From the NCBI GenBank assembly GCA_025210965.1, contig JAOAQY010000034.1:32207-96206 (forward strand): DNA of 64,000 nt. Reading direction: 5' to 3'. The stretch comes from Tissierellales bacterium. GTDB taxonomy: Bacteria; Bacillota; Clostridia; Tissierellales; JAOAQY01. Under the pieces are notes generated by a model. It did no database searches and was not told the origin of the DNA. It worked only from the letters and a program-made list of their open reading frames with translations. Within the stretch, counting starts at the first letter, position 1; each line of letters opens with the position of its first letter. Positions 45,868-58,184 of this stretch are shown one piece after another. The position numbers were made by a program, and so were the translations under genes.

Positions 45868-45973
45868 GTGAACAAATGAAAAAAAGTGACAGAAATTAAT
45901 AAATGACTTGTATTTTTTTAGTAAGTATATTATAATGAGGTTGCATGGAGATGCAATCTTTTTTTGTAACAAT

Positions 45974-46008
45974 TGGGACGAAAAACGTCCCCAGGGACAA
46001 AAATGATC
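45974..46008 (+). promoter_or_regulatory. CggR operator-like tandem repeat upstream of cggR-gap
   Basis: The sequence is TGGGAC-gaaaaa-CGTC-ccca-GGGAC-aaaaat-GATC with a 19-bp period. It resembles the B. subtilis CggR operator CGGGAC-N6-TGTC-N4-CGGGAC-N6-TGTC. Confidence 0.6.
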
Positions 46009-46024
46009 CGTAGGAGAGGTCAAG

Positions 46025-47050
46025 ATGAATGATATTTTAGAAGTTCAGAAAAAAGTTATTCCTGAAATGATTGAACTGTTAGAGAAGAGGTATAATATAT
46101 TACGTAGTATATATTTTAGTCAGCCAATCGGAAGACGGACTCTAGCAAATTCATTGGAGTTAGGAGAGCGAGTCATACGAACTGAAACGACTATGTTAAG
46201 AGAGAGTCGTTTGATAGATATAGATTCATCAGGTATGAAACTCACTGATGAAGGCATTGACATCTTGAATAGTTTGCAAGACTTTATGCATGATGTTAAG
46301 GGATTAAGTGATTTAGAGAAAACAATTGCTGATCAGCTTAATATAAAGAAAGTAATAATAGTGCCTGGTATCTATGATGAAGATTCATGTGTAGTGAAAG
46401 ATATCGGTAAGATTGCATCATTATTTGTCAAAAAACAATTGTTTGAAGGCTGTATAGCTGGTATAACAGGTGGGACGACGATGTATGAAGTGGTTGAAGC
46501 ACTACAATCAACAGATATAAATAAATCATTTCTTATTGTTCCTGCTCGCGGGGGAGTTGGAGCAAATTTAGAAATTCAAGCTAATAATATTGCAGCAACA
46601 TTTGCTAGAAAGCTCGGGGGAGAATACAAATTGTTGCAAGCGCCAGATAATGTTAATAAAGAAGCGTTTGAATCGTTGGTCAGATTGCCAGAAATTCAAG
46701 AATTGGTTGAAATAATAAAGAAATTAGATATTCTCATGTTTGGAATCGGCAGGGCTGACAAGATGGCAAAGAGAAGAAATCTGTCAAATGAACAGTTTGA
46801 AGAGCTTGAAAAAGGTAATGCAGTAGCAGAGGCTTTTGGCTATTACTTTGATATTGATGCAAATATTATTAGAGAGTCTAACACTATAGGGCTTCAACTA
46901 GATGATTTTAAAAAGATAAAGTTAGCTATTGGAGTTGCATGTGGTAAAGAAAAGGCTGAGGCAATGATGGCTATTTCTAGATTAAAGAAAGATTTAGTGC
47001 TAATTATGGATGAAGGAGCAGCTAGAGCTCTTTTAGATAAATTGTTTTAA
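46025..47050 (+). CDS. cggR: Central glycolytic genes regulator (SorC/DeoR-type sugar-binding repressor)
   Basis: It is 341 aa and immediately upstream of gap. It has an N-terminal wHTH and a SorC-like sugar-binding domain (ITGGTTM...VPARGG). Confidence 0.85.
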   Translation: MNDILEVQKKVIPEMIELLEKRYNILRSIYFSQPIGRRTLANSLELGERVIRTETTMLRESRLIDIDSSGMKLTDEGIDILNSLQDFMHDVKGLSDLEKTIADQLNIKKVIIVPGIYDEDSCVVKDIGKIASLFVKKQLFEGCIAGITGGTTMYEVVEALQSTDINKSFLIVPARGGVGANLEIQANNIAATFARKLGGEYKLLQAPDNVNKEAFESLVRLPEIQELVEIIKKLDILMFGIGRADKMAKRRNLSNEQFEELEKGNAVAEAFGYYFDIDANIIRESNTIGLQLDDFKKIKLAIGVACGKEKAEAMMAISRLKKDLVLIMDEGAARALLDKLF

Positions 47051-47070
47051 GTTTGAAGGAGGAATTTGAT

Positions 47071-48081
47071 ATGGCAACTAAAATTGCAATCAATGGTTTT
47101 GGAAGAATTGGTAGAAATGTATTAAAAGCAGCTGTAGAAAGAGGCGTTGAAGATTTTGAAATAGTAGCAATCAACGACGGGGTAGATGCTAAAAGTTTAG
47201 CACATTTATTAAAATATGATTCATGCTTTGGTAAGTTCAATGGAACAGTAGAAGCTAAAGATGATGCATTGATCATCAATGGAAAAGAAGTTAAGAAACT
47301 TAGAGAATTTGATCCAGCTAAATTACCTTGGGGAGAATTAGGTGTTGATATCGTTATCGAATCAACTGGATTCTTTAGAGATCGTGAAGGTGCAGCTAAG
47401 CATATCACTGCTGGAGCTAAGAAAGTTATCATCAGTGCACCTGCTAAAGATGAAGACATTACTATCGTAATGGGCGTTAACGAAGGCGATTATGATGCAG
47501 CTAATCACCACATTATTTCAAATGCATCTTGTACAACAAACTGTGTTGCACCATTTGCAAAAGTGATTCTTGAGAAATTTGGTATTGAAAGAGGTTTGAT
47601 GACAACAGTTCACTCATACACTAATGACCAAAACATATTAGATGCTGGACATTCAGATATGAGAAGAGCAAGAGCAGCAGCTGAGTCAATTATTCCTACT
47701 ACTACTGGAGCAACAAAAGCAGTTGGTAAAGTAATTCCTGAATTGCTTGGTAAATTAGATGGTATGGCAATGAGAGTGCCAACTCCAACAGTTTCACTAG
47801 TTGATATGGTATTTGAGTTATCTAAAAAAGCAACAGTTGAAGAAATCAATGGAGCTCTTAAAGAAGCTGCAGAAGGTGAATTAGCTGGTGTATTAGGATA
47901 TTCTGATGAGCCATTAGTATCAATTGACTACAGAAAAGATCCTAACTCTTCAATCGTTGATAGCTTATCAACAATGATCGTTGGAGATAACTTAGTTAAA
48001 ATCGTATCTTGGTACGACAATGAGTGGGGTTACTCAAATAGAGTTGTTGATTTAACAGCTTTAGTAGCTAAAAGCTTATAA
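47071..48081 (+). CDS. gap: Type I glyceraldehyde-3-phosphate dehydrogenase
   Basis: It has INGFGRIGR, the active site SNASCTTNC and WYDNEWGYS. The RBS GAAGGAGG precedes ATG 47071. Confidence 0.95.
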   Translation: MATKIAINGFGRIGRNVLKAAVERGVEDFEIVAINDGVDAKSLAHLLKYDSCFGKFNGTVEAKDDALIINGKEVKKLREFDPAKLPWGELGVDIVIESTGFFRDREGAAKHITAGAKKVIISAPAKDEDITIVMGVNEGDYDAANHHIISNASCTTNCVAPFAKVILEKFGIERGLMTTVHSYTNDQNILDAGHSDMRRARAAAESIIPTTTGATKAVGKVIPELLGKLDGMAMRVPTPTVSLVDMVFELSKKATVEEINGALKEAAEGELAGVLGYSDEPLVSIDYRKDPNSSIVDSLSTMIVGDNLVKIVSWYDNEWGYSNRVVDLTALVAKSL

Positions 48082-48096
48082 ATAGAAATAAAAACT

Positions 48097-48127
48097 GCGC
48101 TTAGCCACTTGGCTAAGCACGGTTTTT
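48097..48127 (+). terminator. Probable (leaky) terminator after gap
   Basis: The stem GCGCTTAGCC/GGCTAAGCAC (one mismatch) is followed by GGTTTTT. Confidence 0.6.
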
Positions 48128-48325
48128 GATTATAATTATTTTTACTGAAAGTTAATATTAGATATGCCATTTGCTGAATGGCTGAATCATGCCAAGCTAT
48201 TTTAAATGCATATATGTATCTGAATAGCTTTTTTTATAGTTTTAAAATCGAACGTTTAGATATATAATATAGAAGAGAGAAGTCTGAGGACTTCTATATG
48301 AAATGTAAGTCGAGGAGGAACGTCA

Positions 48326-49519
48326 ATGTTAAACAAAAAATCAGTTGAAAATCTTCAGGTAAAAGGAAAACGAGTTTTAGTAAGATGCGATTTCAATGTT
48401 CCTATGGATGGAGAGAGAAATATTACAAATGATGCTAGAATACAAGCGGCATTACCAACTATCAAATACTTGATTGATAATGAAGCAAAAGTAATTTTAA
48501 TGTCTCATCTAGGAAGACCAAAAGGAGAAGCAAAGGCTGAATATAGCTTAGATAAGGTTGCTGCTAGATTAAGTGAAGTTTTAGGCAAAAGTGTAGTATT
48601 TGCTGATGATGATACAGTAGTTGGTGACAATGCGAAAAAAGCAGTTGAAGAAATGAATGCTGGCGATGTAGTGTTGTTACAAAATACTCGTTATAGAAAA
48701 GAAGAAACGAAGTGCGGAGAAGATTTTTCAAAAGAATTAGCAGAGCTTGCGGATCTTTATGTAAATGATGCATTTGGAACGGCACATAGAGCTCATGCAT
48801 CTAATGTTGGTGTTTCAAACTTGTTGCCATCAGCAGTTGGATACTTAGTGAAGAAAGAATTAGATATAATGGGTAAAGCTATGGAAGCACCAGAGCGACC
48901 ATTTGTAGCAATTTTAGGTGGTGCAAAAGTTTCTGATAAAATAGGTGTAATTGAAAATTTACTTGATAAAGTAGATACGCTTATTATCGGTGGTGGAATG
49001 GCTTATACATTCTTTGTTGCAAAAGGCTGGGAAGTGGGTAAATCACTTTTAGAAACAGATAAAGTAGAATTAGCAAAAACATTGATGGAGAAGGCAGAGG
49101 AAAAAGGCGTTAAACTATTACTACCTATGGATACTGTTGTAGCTAAAGAATTTAAAAATGATACAGAGTTCTTTACTGTAGAGTCTAATGAAATTCCTAG
49201 TGATATGGAAGGATTAGATATTGGTGAGAAAACAAGAGAAATATTTGCAGCGGCAGTAAGAGAAGCGAAAACTGTAATTTGGAATGGTCCTATGGGAGTT
49301 TTTGAAATGGAAAACTTTGCAAAAGGAACATTAGCAGTTGCAGATGCTATGGCTGATTCTGATGCAGTTACTATAATCGGTGGCGGAGATAGTGCGGCAG
49401 CTGTTGCTCAAACAGGATTATCAGAAAAAATGACACATATATCTACTGGTGGTGGAGCTTCACTTGAATTGTTCGAGGGAAAAGTATTACCAGGAATAGA
49501 CGCAATTGATGAAAACTAA
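48326..49519 (+). CDS. pgk: Phosphoglycerate kinase
   Basis: It has [23 protein letters not shown] and GGGDSAAAV motifs. Confidence 0.95.
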   Translation: MLNKKSVENLQVKGKRVLVRCDFNVPMDGERNITNDARIQAALPTIKYLIDNEAKVILMSHLGRPKGEAKAEYSLDKVAARLSEVLGKSVVFADDDTVVGDNAKKAVEEMNAGDVVLLQNTRYRKEETKCGEDFSKELAELADLYVNDAFGTAHRAHASNVGVSNLLPSAVGYLVKKELDIMGKAMEAPERPFVAILGGAKVSDKIGVIENLLDKVDTLIIGGGMAYTFFVAKGWEVGKSLLETDKVELAKTLMEKAEEKGVKLLLPMDTVVAKEFKNDTEFFTVESNEIPSDMEGLDIGEKTREIFAAAVREAKTVIWNGPMGVFEMENFAKGTLAVADAMADSDAVTIIGGGDSAAAVAQTGLSEKMTHISTGGGASLELFEGKVLPGIDAIDEN

Positions 49520-49531
49520 GGAGGCAGAATA

Positions 49532-50278
49532 ATGAGAGTACCTTTTATTGCAGGAAATTGGAAAATGAATAATACTATAGAGCAGGGTGTTGAACTAGTT
49601 AAAAAGTTAATGCCTATAGCAGATGCTACTGATGTTCAAGTAGCAGTTTGCGTTCCGTTTTTGGGACTTAAAGAAATTGTAGAACTTACAAAAGATTCAA
49701 AACTTTTAGTGGGTGCGCAAAATATGCATTGGGAAGAAAATGGAGCATTTACAGGAGAAGTATCTCCAACTATGCTAAATGAAATTGGTGTTGAACTTGT
49801 AGTTTTGGGTCATTCGGAGAGAAGAGAGTACTTTGGAGAGACTAATGAAACTGTAAACAAAAAAGTTAAATCGGCATTGGCACATGGAATAAGACCTATA
49901 CTTTGCTGTGGAGAATCATTAGAAACTAGAGAAGCTAATGAAGAAAAAAATTGGGTGAAAACTCAAATACTAGAAGGTGTTGAAGGAATATCAGAAGATG
50001 ATATGACTAAGATTGTTATAGCATATGAACCAATTTGGGCTATCGGTACAGGTAAAACAGCTACTAGTGAACAAGCAAACGAAATGTGCGCGTTTATCAG
50101 AGAAACATTAAATGAAAAATATGGTTCAGAAGTGTCAGAAGAGGTTATAATACAATATGGTGGAAGTGTTAAACCTGCTAATGTTACAGAGATAATGAAT
50201 CAAGAAGATATTGATGGAGCTTTGGTTGGTGGAGCTAGCTTGAAAGCTGATTCATTTACAGATATTATTAACTTTTAG
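49532..50278 (+). CDS. tpiA: Triose-phosphate isomerase
   Basis: It has GNWKMN, GHSERR, AYEPIWAIGTG and YGGS motifs. Confidence 0.95.
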   Translation: MRVPFIAGNWKMNNTIEQGVELVKKLMPIADATDVQVAVCVPFLGLKEIVELTKDSKLLVGAQNMHWEENGAFTGEVSPTMLNEIGVELVVLGHSERREYFGETNETVNKKVKSALAHGIRPILCCGESLETREANEEKNWVKTQILEGVEGISEDDMTKIVIAYEPIWAIGTGKTATSEQANEMCAFIRETLNEKYGSEVSEEVIIQYGGSVKPANVTEIMNQEDIDGALVGGASLKADSFTDIINF

Positions 50279-50292
50279 GAAGGTTGTCTAAT

Positions 50293-51831
50293 ATGAAAAA
50301 TAATTTTGTAGGATTAATGATTTTAGATGGTTGGGGAATAGGAAGAGACTATGAAGGTAATGCTGCTCTTAAAGCTAATACTCCAAACCTAGATGCTTTG
50401 CTAGAAAAGTACCCTCATGTGCCTATTGAAGCTAGTGGATTGCATGTAGGATTGCCAGATGGACAAATGGGTAATTCTGAAGTTGGACATATGAATTTAG
50501 GTGCGGGGAGAATTATATATCAATCATTAACTAAGATTACAAAAGAAATTGAAGATGGAGATTTCTTTGAAAAAAAAGAATTATTAGATGCAATAGAACA
50601 TGCGAAGAAAAACAATTCGAAAGTACATCTTATGGGATTGATGTCTAAAGGTGGAGTTCACAGCCATATGAAGCATCTGTTTGGTTTACTTGAGCTTGGC
50701 AAAAAGAATAACTTCAATGATATGTATGTTCATGCTTTTATGGACGGTAGAGATGTTGATCCAAAGTCTGGACAAAATGATATTGCTGAATTAGTTAGTG
50801 AAATGAATGAAAAGAATATTGGACAGTTAGCTACAGTAATAGGCAGATATTATGCTATGGATCGAGATAATCGATGGGATAGAGTTGAAAGAGCCTATAA
50901 AGCTATGGTTAATGGAGATGGAATTGCTTCAAGTGATGCGGTTGTATCATTGAAGGATTCGTATTCAAAAGATATAACAGATGAGTTTATTAATCCAATT
51001 GTTATGCAAAATGAAAATAAACCTGTCGCTAAAATAGAAGATGGTGATTCAATTATTTTCTTCAATTTCAGACCGGATAGAGCTCGTCAAATCACGAGAG
51101 CTATAGTAGATGAAAATTTTGATGGTTTTGATCGTGGAGAAAAATTAAAGGATATTTATTTTGCTTGCATGACTCAATATGATAAAACTATAGAAAATGT
51201 GAATGTGGTTTATGGACCAGAGACTATAAATAATACGTTTGGTGAATATATTAGCCAAAAGGGTTTGAAGCAACTTAGAATAGCAGAAACAGAAAAGTAT
51301 GCTCATGTTACATTTTTCTTCAATGGTGGAGTAGAAGAGCCGAATGAAGGTGAAGACCGCGAGCTAATTAGTTCTCCAAAGGTTGCTACTTATGATTTAC
51401 AACCTGAGATGAGCGCTATAGAAGTCAAAGAGAAAGCTGTTAATCTAATTAAGTCAGAAAAATATGATACAATGGTATTGAATTTTGCTAATCCAGACAT
51501 GGTAGGTCATACTGGAATAATGGAGGCTGCTATGAAAGCGATTGAGACTGTAGATTCTTGTGTTAAAGAAGTAGTAGAGGCAGTTGAATCTATTGGTGGT
51601 AAATTGATAATTACAGCAGATCATGGAAATTTAGAGCAGATGCTTGATTTTGAGACTGGTGATCCAATGACAGCTCATACTACAAACCCAGTTCATTGTT
51701 TAGTACTTGGAGCTGGCGATGTGAAACTTAGAAATGATGGTAAACTAGCAGATATTGCGCCAACTTTATTTGATATGATGGACATTGAAAAACCTAGTGA
51801 AATGACAGGAGAATCTTTGATAATCAAGTAG
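50293..51831 (+). CDS. gpmI: 2,3-bisphosphoglycerate-independent phosphoglycerate mutase
   Basis: It has LMILDGWG, GNSEVGHMNLGAGR and TADHGN motifs and is ~512 aa. Confidence 0.95.
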   Translation: MKNNFVGLMILDGWGIGRDYEGNAALKANTPNLDALLEKYPHVPIEASGLHVGLPDGQMGNSEVGHMNLGAGRIIYQSLTKITKEIEDGDFFEKKELLDAIEHAKKNNSKVHLMGLMSKGGVHSHMKHLFGLLELGKKNNFNDMYVHAFMDGRDVDPKSGQNDIAELVSEMNEKNIGQLATVIGRYYAMDRDNRWDRVERAYKAMVNGDGIASSDAVVSLKDSYSKDITDEFINPIVMQNENKPVAKIEDGDSIIFFNFRPDRARQITRAIVDENFDGFDRGEKLKDIYFACMTQYDKTIENVNVVYGPETINNTFGEYISQKGLKQLRIAETEKYAHVTFFFNGGVEEPNEGEDRELISSPKVATYDLQPEMSAIEVKEKAVNLIKSEKYDTMVLNFANPDMVGHTGIMEAAMKAIETVDSCVKEVVEAVESIGGKLIITADHGNLEQMLDFETGDPMTAHTTNPVHCLVLGAGDVKLRNDGKLADIAPTLFDMMDIEKPSEMTGESLIIK

Positions 51832-51864
51832 AGATGGATTGTATATAAATAACCTTGAGATTAA

Positions 51865-53169
<1,305 letters not shown>

Positions 53170-53174
53170 TTTCT

Positions 53175-53204
53175 AAAAAAGAGAACCAATGGTTCTCTTT
53201 TTTT
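53175..53204 (+). terminator. Intrinsic terminator after eno
   Basis: The stem AGAGAACC/GGTTCTCT is flanked by an A-run and TTTTTTT. Confidence 0.75.
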
Positions 53205-53273
53205 ATTGATTCTATACTACTCATGTGATAAAATGTAGTGTAAGATTGTGTGAACAAATAGGAGGTGAAAGAC

Positions 53274-53504
53274 ATGAAAACGGCTTTGATCGTCATACTT
53301 GTAATCGTTAGTTTAATATTAATAGCAAGTATACTATTACAACAAGGTAAATCAGCTGGGCTATCTGGTAGTATTGCTGGAGGAGCTGAAAGCATTTGGG
53401 GTAAGAATAAGGGACGTAGCTATGAAGCAGTTCTTGAAAAACTTACAACAATATCAGCAGCAATCTTTATCTTGGCATCATTGGCACTAGCTGCCGTACA
53501 ATAA
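53274..53504 (+). CDS. secG: Preprotein translocase subunit SecG
   Basis: It is 76 aa with two TMs and LLQQGKSAGLSGSIAGGAE, which is typical of SecG. The RBS AGGAGGTG precedes ATG 53274. Confidence 0.85.
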   Translation: MKTALIVILVIVSLILIASILLQQGKSAGLSGSIAGGAESIWGKNKGRSYEAVLEKLTTISAAIFILASLALAAVQ

Positions 53505-53529
53505 AACTGAATAATTTAGGGGGAATATC

Positions 53530-55524
53530 ATGTATTACTTAGTAGCACCCATAGTGGGTATTATAGCACTTTTATTTTCTTTGTATAAGGCAAAGGTTAT
53601 CGGAAACACTAGTTCTGGAAACGATCGCATGAAGGAGATTGCATCGTATATTCAAGAAGGTGCGATGGCATTTTTAGAGAGACAATACAAAACTCTTTCG
53701 ATTTTTGTAGTATTACTTTTTGTAATATTAAATTTTGCCATAAACACTAGAACTGCAATTGCGTTTTTGGTAGGAGCTTGTTTCTCAGCATTAGCAGGAT
53801 TCATTGGTATGAAAGTTGCGACAAAAGCCAATGTGAAAACTGCAAATGCAGCTAAAGAAGGCGGTATGAACAAAGCACTTAACATTGCGTTTTCGGGCGG
53901 AACGGTAATGGGAATGTGCGTTGTTGGTCTAGGACTATTAGGAGTTGGTTCACTTTTATATGTATATACAAAAGGATCGACAACTTTGACTGTAGAAGAA
54001 TATTCTAAAGTAGCTAGCTGGATTACTGGATTTGCACTAGGTGCATCTTCAATAGCATTATTTGGACGTGTTGGTGGTGGTATTTACACTAAAGCAGCAG
54101 ACGTTGGAGCTGACTTAGTAGGTAAAGTTGAAGCAGGAATACCAGAAGACGATCCAAGAAACCCTGCAGTTATCGCTGACAACGTTGGAGATAATGTAGG
54201 TGACGTAGCAGGTATGGGAGCTGACTTATTTGAGTCTTATGTAGGATCAATTATATCAGCTATTACATTAGGACTATTAGCATTTGGATTAAATGGAGCA
54301 TTTTTCCCATTGATATTGGCATCTGTTGGTGTTATATCTTCAATTATTGGAACAATGTTTGTTCGTGGAAAAGATGGTTCAAATCCTCAAAAAGCATTAA
54401 ACATGGGAACTATGATAAGTGCTATAATAACAGTTATAGCAGCTTATGCTTTAAGTACACAATTGTTACAAGATACTAAGCCATTCTTCGCTGTAGTGAC
54501 AGGTTTAATTGTTGGTTTGGTTGTAGCAAAAATTACAGAGTACTATACGTCAACAGAATACAAGCCAGTTAAAGACATTGCAAGAGAATCTGAAACTGGT
54601 GCGTCAACAAATATTATTGCTGGTTTATCAGTAGGTATGGGATCGACTGCATTACCAATATTAGTAATATCAGGTGGAATTATTGTTGCATTTAATGTAG
54701 CTGAATTATATGGTATCGCACTTGCAGCTGTAGGTATGTTATCAACAGCTGGTATGACAATTGCAGTAGATGCTTATGGTCCAATTGCTGACAATGCAGG
54801 TGGTATCGCTGAGATGGCTCAATTGCCACCAGAGGTAAGAAAAGTTACTGATACACTTGATGCTGTTGGTAACACAACTGCAGCTATTGGTAAAGGTTTT
54901 GCTATTGGTTCAGCAGCACTTACATCATTGGCATTATTTGTTTCTTATACGCAAGCAGTTCAATTAGCTTCAATCGACTTAATTAAACCAACAGTAATAG
55001 TTGGATTGTTAATCGGTGGTATGTTACCATTCTTGTTCTCATCTATTACAATGAGTGCAGTTGGTAAAGCAGCTAATGAAATGATTGAAGAAGTTAGACG
55101 TCAATTTAGAGAAATTCCAGGTTTGATGGAAGGAACAGCAACACCAGAATATAAAAAATGTGTTGAAATCAGTACAACGGCAGCACTTAAGCAAATGGTT
55201 ATTCCAGGAATATTAGCAGTAACAGCACCAGTTGCTACTGGTTTGATACTTGGAAAAGAGGCATTAGGTGGTTTATTAGCAGGAGCGCTAGTAACAGGAG
55301 TATTGACAGCAATTTACATGGCAAATGCTGGTGGAGCATGGGATAATGCGAAAAAGTATATTGAAGAAGGAAGTCATGGTGGTAAAGGTAGTGATGCACA
55401 CAAGGCAGCAGTTGTTGGAGATACAGTAGGAGATCCATTCAAGGATACATCTGGTCCATCAATTAATATATTAATCAAATTGATGACAATTGTAGCATTA
55501 GTATTCGCACCATTATTCATCTAA
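53530..55524 (+). CDS. hppA: Membrane-integral ion-translocating pyrophosphatase (K+-dependent type)
   Basis: It has [41 protein letters not shown] and [15 protein letters not shown]. The [10 protein letters not shown] motif (Ala rather than Lys) is the K+-dependent signature. Confidence 0.9.
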   Translation: MYYLVAPIVGIIALLFSLYKAKVIGNTSSGNDRMKEIASYIQEGAMAFLERQYKTLSIFVVLLFVILNFAINTRTAIAFLVGACFSALAGFIGMKVATKANVKTANAAKEGGMNKALNIAFSGGTVMGMCVVGLGLLGVGSLLYVYTKGSTTLTVEEYSKVASWITGFALGASSIALFGRVGGGIYTKAADVGADLVGKVEAGIPEDDPRNPAVIADNVGDNVGDVAGMGADLFESYVGSIISAITLGLLAFGLNGAFFPLILASVGVISSIIGTMFVRGKDGSNPQKALNMGTMISAIITVIAAYALSTQLLQDTKPFFAVVTGLIVGLVVAKITEYYTSTEYKPVKDIARESETGASTNIIAGLSVGMGSTALPILVISGGIIVAFNVAELYGIALAAVGMLSTAGMTIAVDAYGPIADNAGGIAEMAQLPPEVRKVTDTLDAVGNTTAAIGKGFAIGSAALTSLALFVSYTQAVQLASIDLIKPTVIVGLLIGGMLPFLFSSITMSAVGKAANEMIEEVRRQFREIPGLMEGTATPEYKKCVEISTTAALKQMVIPGILAVTAPVATGLILGKEALGGLLAGALVTGVLTAIYMANAGGAWDNAKKYIEEGSHGGKGSDAHKAAVVGDTVGDPFKDTSGPSINILIKLMTIVALVFAPLFI

Positions 55525-55540
55525 TTTTTATAGAAATTTT

Positions 55541-55565
55541 GAGCGGGAATTCCCGCTCTTTTTTT
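55541..55565 (+). terminator. Intrinsic terminator after hppA
   Basis: The stem GAGCGGG/CCCGCTC has an AATT loop and is followed by TTTTTTT. Confidence 0.85.
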
Positions 55566-55718
55566 GTTGGCTAGAATATTATGTGAAAAATAATTTCATT
55601 AATAAAATACTAAGTAAAAAGTGTATGATTGTAGCTTTATTCTCGTTTTATTGCTTCAATATATAGCAAAGAGCATCTATATTTGGTATAATCTAATAGG
55701 ACGTAAGGAGAGAAGGAA

Positions 55719-56489
55719 ATGATAATACAAGTAGATAAAATGAACATTCACTACATAGAAAGAGGTAGCGGAGATGAGATAGTGCTGTTTTTGCATGGTT
55801 GGGGGGCAAATGTAGATACTATGATTCCGGCTATGAAAACGATTGAGGAAAAATATAGGACAATAGCTGTTGATTTGCCTGGATTTGGTCAAAGTGATAA
55901 GCCAAAGAGTGTTTGGGATGCATTTGATTATGGTGAATTTGTCATAAATTTTATGGATGCGCTTTCGCTAAATAAAGTTACTTTAGTAGGACATTCTCAT
56001 GGTGGAAGGACATCAATAGTAGTTGGATCTAAAAATAAAGAGAGAGTTTCAAAAATGGTATTGATTGATAGTGCTGGAATACCATCTAAAAAAAGTTTAA
56101 AATATCATTTGAAAGTATTTGGATTCAAATGTTTGAAAAGACTTTATAAGTTGATGTTTTTTTGGAAAAATTCAGAGGATACTATGGAAACTTTTTATAA
56201 AAAATTTGGATCTGATGATTATAGAAATGCCGATGGTATAATGAGAAAAATAATGGTTGCTGTGCTTGGAAATAATCTTACGGATTATTTGAGCGAAATT
56301 GAATGTTCAACGCTGCTGATTTGGGGAGAAAATGATGATGCAACTCCACTATATATGGGTAAATTAATGGAGTCTAGAATAAAAGATAGTGGTTTGGTTG
56401 TGTTAAAAGATGCAGGTCATTTTTCATATATTGACCAATATGCTCAATTTGATGCGGTTATGAAACACTTTTTTGAGATATCTAGATAA
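55719..56489 (+). CDS. Alpha/beta-fold hydrolase
   Basis: It has the HGWG oxyanion region, the nucleophile elbow GHSHGG, and C-terminal D...H (DAGHF). Confidence 0.75.
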   Translation: MIIQVDKMNIHYIERGSGDEIVLFLHGWGANVDTMIPAMKTIEEKYRTIAVDLPGFGQSDKPKSVWDAFDYGEFVINFMDALSLNKVTLVGHSHGGRTSIVVGSKNKERVSKMVLIDSAGIPSKKSLKYHLKVFGFKCLKRLYKLMFFWKNSEDTMETFYKKFGSDDYRNADGIMRKIMVAVLGNNLTDYLSEIECSTLLIWGENDDATPLYMGKLMESRIKDSGLVVLKDAGHFSYIDQYAQFDAVMKHFFEISR

Positions 56490-56516
56490 ATCAACTAAAA
56501 TGTAAGAGGTGTTAAA

Positions 56517-58160
56517 ATGATAAATGTGTTAGAGAAGTATTACTATATTGCGATGTTTGGAATTATTTTGATTTGGATGTATCCACAATTTAAAAGGTTG
56601 ACGTACTTTTTTCACATGCTACAGCTAAATGAATATGATCAAGGAAACTATATCAATTGGAATAAAGAACATTTTTCGACTAAAGTTTTTACTATTAGAG
56701 AAGCGATTTTGGCTCTTCTATTTAGTTTGTTAATTTTTGTTGGGATTAAAATGCCTGGAATTGAAGTAACGGTAGGGGCTGAAATTATATTTATAGCCTA
56801 TCTGTTAATTGCAGATTATACTAGAAAAAAACCAGAAGTAAGAAAACCGTTGGTATATACTATGAGAATGAAACGACTTGTTGCAAGTAGTTTTGTTTGG
56901 AATGTGATTTTATTTTTGATGCTTGGATATAGTTTTCAAAATAAATATTTTATAGAGAAGGATATATCATTGATTGGAATTCTAGGTATAATATATATAT
57001 TAGCTCCAATTATAGTTTATTTGTCAAATTTATCTATGAAACCAGTGGAAAAAATGATTGCAAAACATTATTTCGATATGGCTCATGAAAAAGTTAGATC
57101 GTTTCCAGAATTAAGAATAGTTGGGATTACTGGTAGTTATGGTAAAACTAGTACAAAATTTATTACAGGAACAATATTAGCTAGCAAGTATGAAACATTG
57201 GTTACACCGAGTAGCTATAATACGCCTATGGGACTTAGTAAAGTAATAAATAATGACTTGGATGAAAGATATGAAGTTTTTGTAGCTGAAATGGGAGCTA
57301 GAAAAATAGGGGAAATTGAAGAGGTTGCAGAGCTTTGTAATCCTAAAATTGGTATACTTACATCAGTTGGACCTGCACATTTAGAGACTTTTGGAAATTT
57401 GGAAAACATAGCTAAAACAAAATATGAGCTAATAGAATCATTGCCAGCAGACGGTATAGCAATATTTAACTATGACAATGAGTATACGAGAAAATTGGCA
57501 GACAAGACATACAAAGAAAAATTGACATATGGAATAGATAGTGATGATGCAGATTTGTATGCAACTGATATAAAAGTTACGGAGACAGGATCGAGCTTTA
57601 TGATGGCTGATAAATTTGGAAATAAAGTACAATGCCATACTAGGCTTCTAGGAAAGCATAATATATTGAATTTATTGGCAGGAGCTTGTGCAGGTCTTGC
57701 TATGGGTATGTCACTTGTCGAAATTGCAAAAGGTATAGAAAAAGTGCAACCAGTTGAACACAGACTTCAGCTTATAAATAGTGGTAATGGAGTGTTGGTT
57801 ATTGATGATGCTTTTAATTCGAATCCTCATGGTGCAAGAGCTGCACTAGAGGTTTTAGATGAGTTTACAACAGGAAGTAAGATAATAGTTACACCAGGGA
57901 TGATAGAACTTGGTGAATTTGGAGAAGAAGAAAATAGAAAATTTGGCGAAGTGATTGCGGGTGTTTGTGACACGGTAATATTGGTGGGAAAAAATCAAAC
58001 TAAACCGATACAAAATGGCCTTAAAATAGCAAACTTTGATGAAGAAAATTTATATATAGTTAATTCACTGAGTGAGGCTACTGAGATTATAGGGAAAATA
58101 GTACGTGTTGGTGATGTGGTATTGTTTGAAAATGATTTGCCAGATACTTTTGCAGAATAA
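56517..58160 (+). CDS. MurF-like Mur ligase (UDP-MurNAc-tripeptide--D-Ala-D-Ala ligase family) with N-terminal polytopic membrane domain
   Basis: About the first 170 aa form 4-5 hydrophobic helices. These are followed by the P-loop GITGSYGKTSTK, AEMGARKIGEI...VGPAHLETFG, GKHNILN, DDAFNSNP and PGMIELG, which are MurF-type motifs. Confidence 0.7.
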   Translation: MINVLEKYYYIAMFGIILIWMYPQFKRLTYFFHMLQLNEYDQGNYINWNKEHFSTKVFTIREAILALLFSLLIFVGIKMPGIEVTVGAEIIFIAYLLIADYTRKKPEVRKPLVYTMRMKRLVASSFVWNVILFLMLGYSFQNKYFIEKDISLIGILGIIYILAPIIVYLSNLSMKPVEKMIAKHYFDMAHEKVRSFPELRIVGITGSYGKTSTKFITGTILASKYETLVTPSSYNTPMGLSKVINNDLDERYEVFVAEMGARKIGEIEEVAELCNPKIGILTSVGPAHLETFGNLENIAKTKYELIESLPADGIAIFNYDNEYTRKLADKTYKEKLTYGIDSDDADLYATDIKVTETGSSFMMADKFGNKVQCHTRLLGKHNILNLLAGACAGLAMGMSLVEIAKGIEKVQPVEHRLQLINSGNGVLVIDDAFNSNPHGARAALEVLDEFTTGSKIIVTPGMIELGEFGEEENRKFGEVIAGVCDTVILVGKNQTKPIQNGLKIANFDEENLYIVNSLSEATEIIGKIVRVGDVVLFENDLPDTFAE

Positions 58161-58184
58161 TATAGACTAGAGAGGGTGGAAAAA

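Noticed and set aside
44201-46023. Minus-strand ORFs in intergenic or terminator regions (44201..44539, 44548..44733, 45838..46023, and also 53123..53395, 55677..55892, 61671..61892).
   Set aside because: They overlap terminators, promoters and the ends of well-supported plus-strand genes. They have no RBS and implausible sequences.
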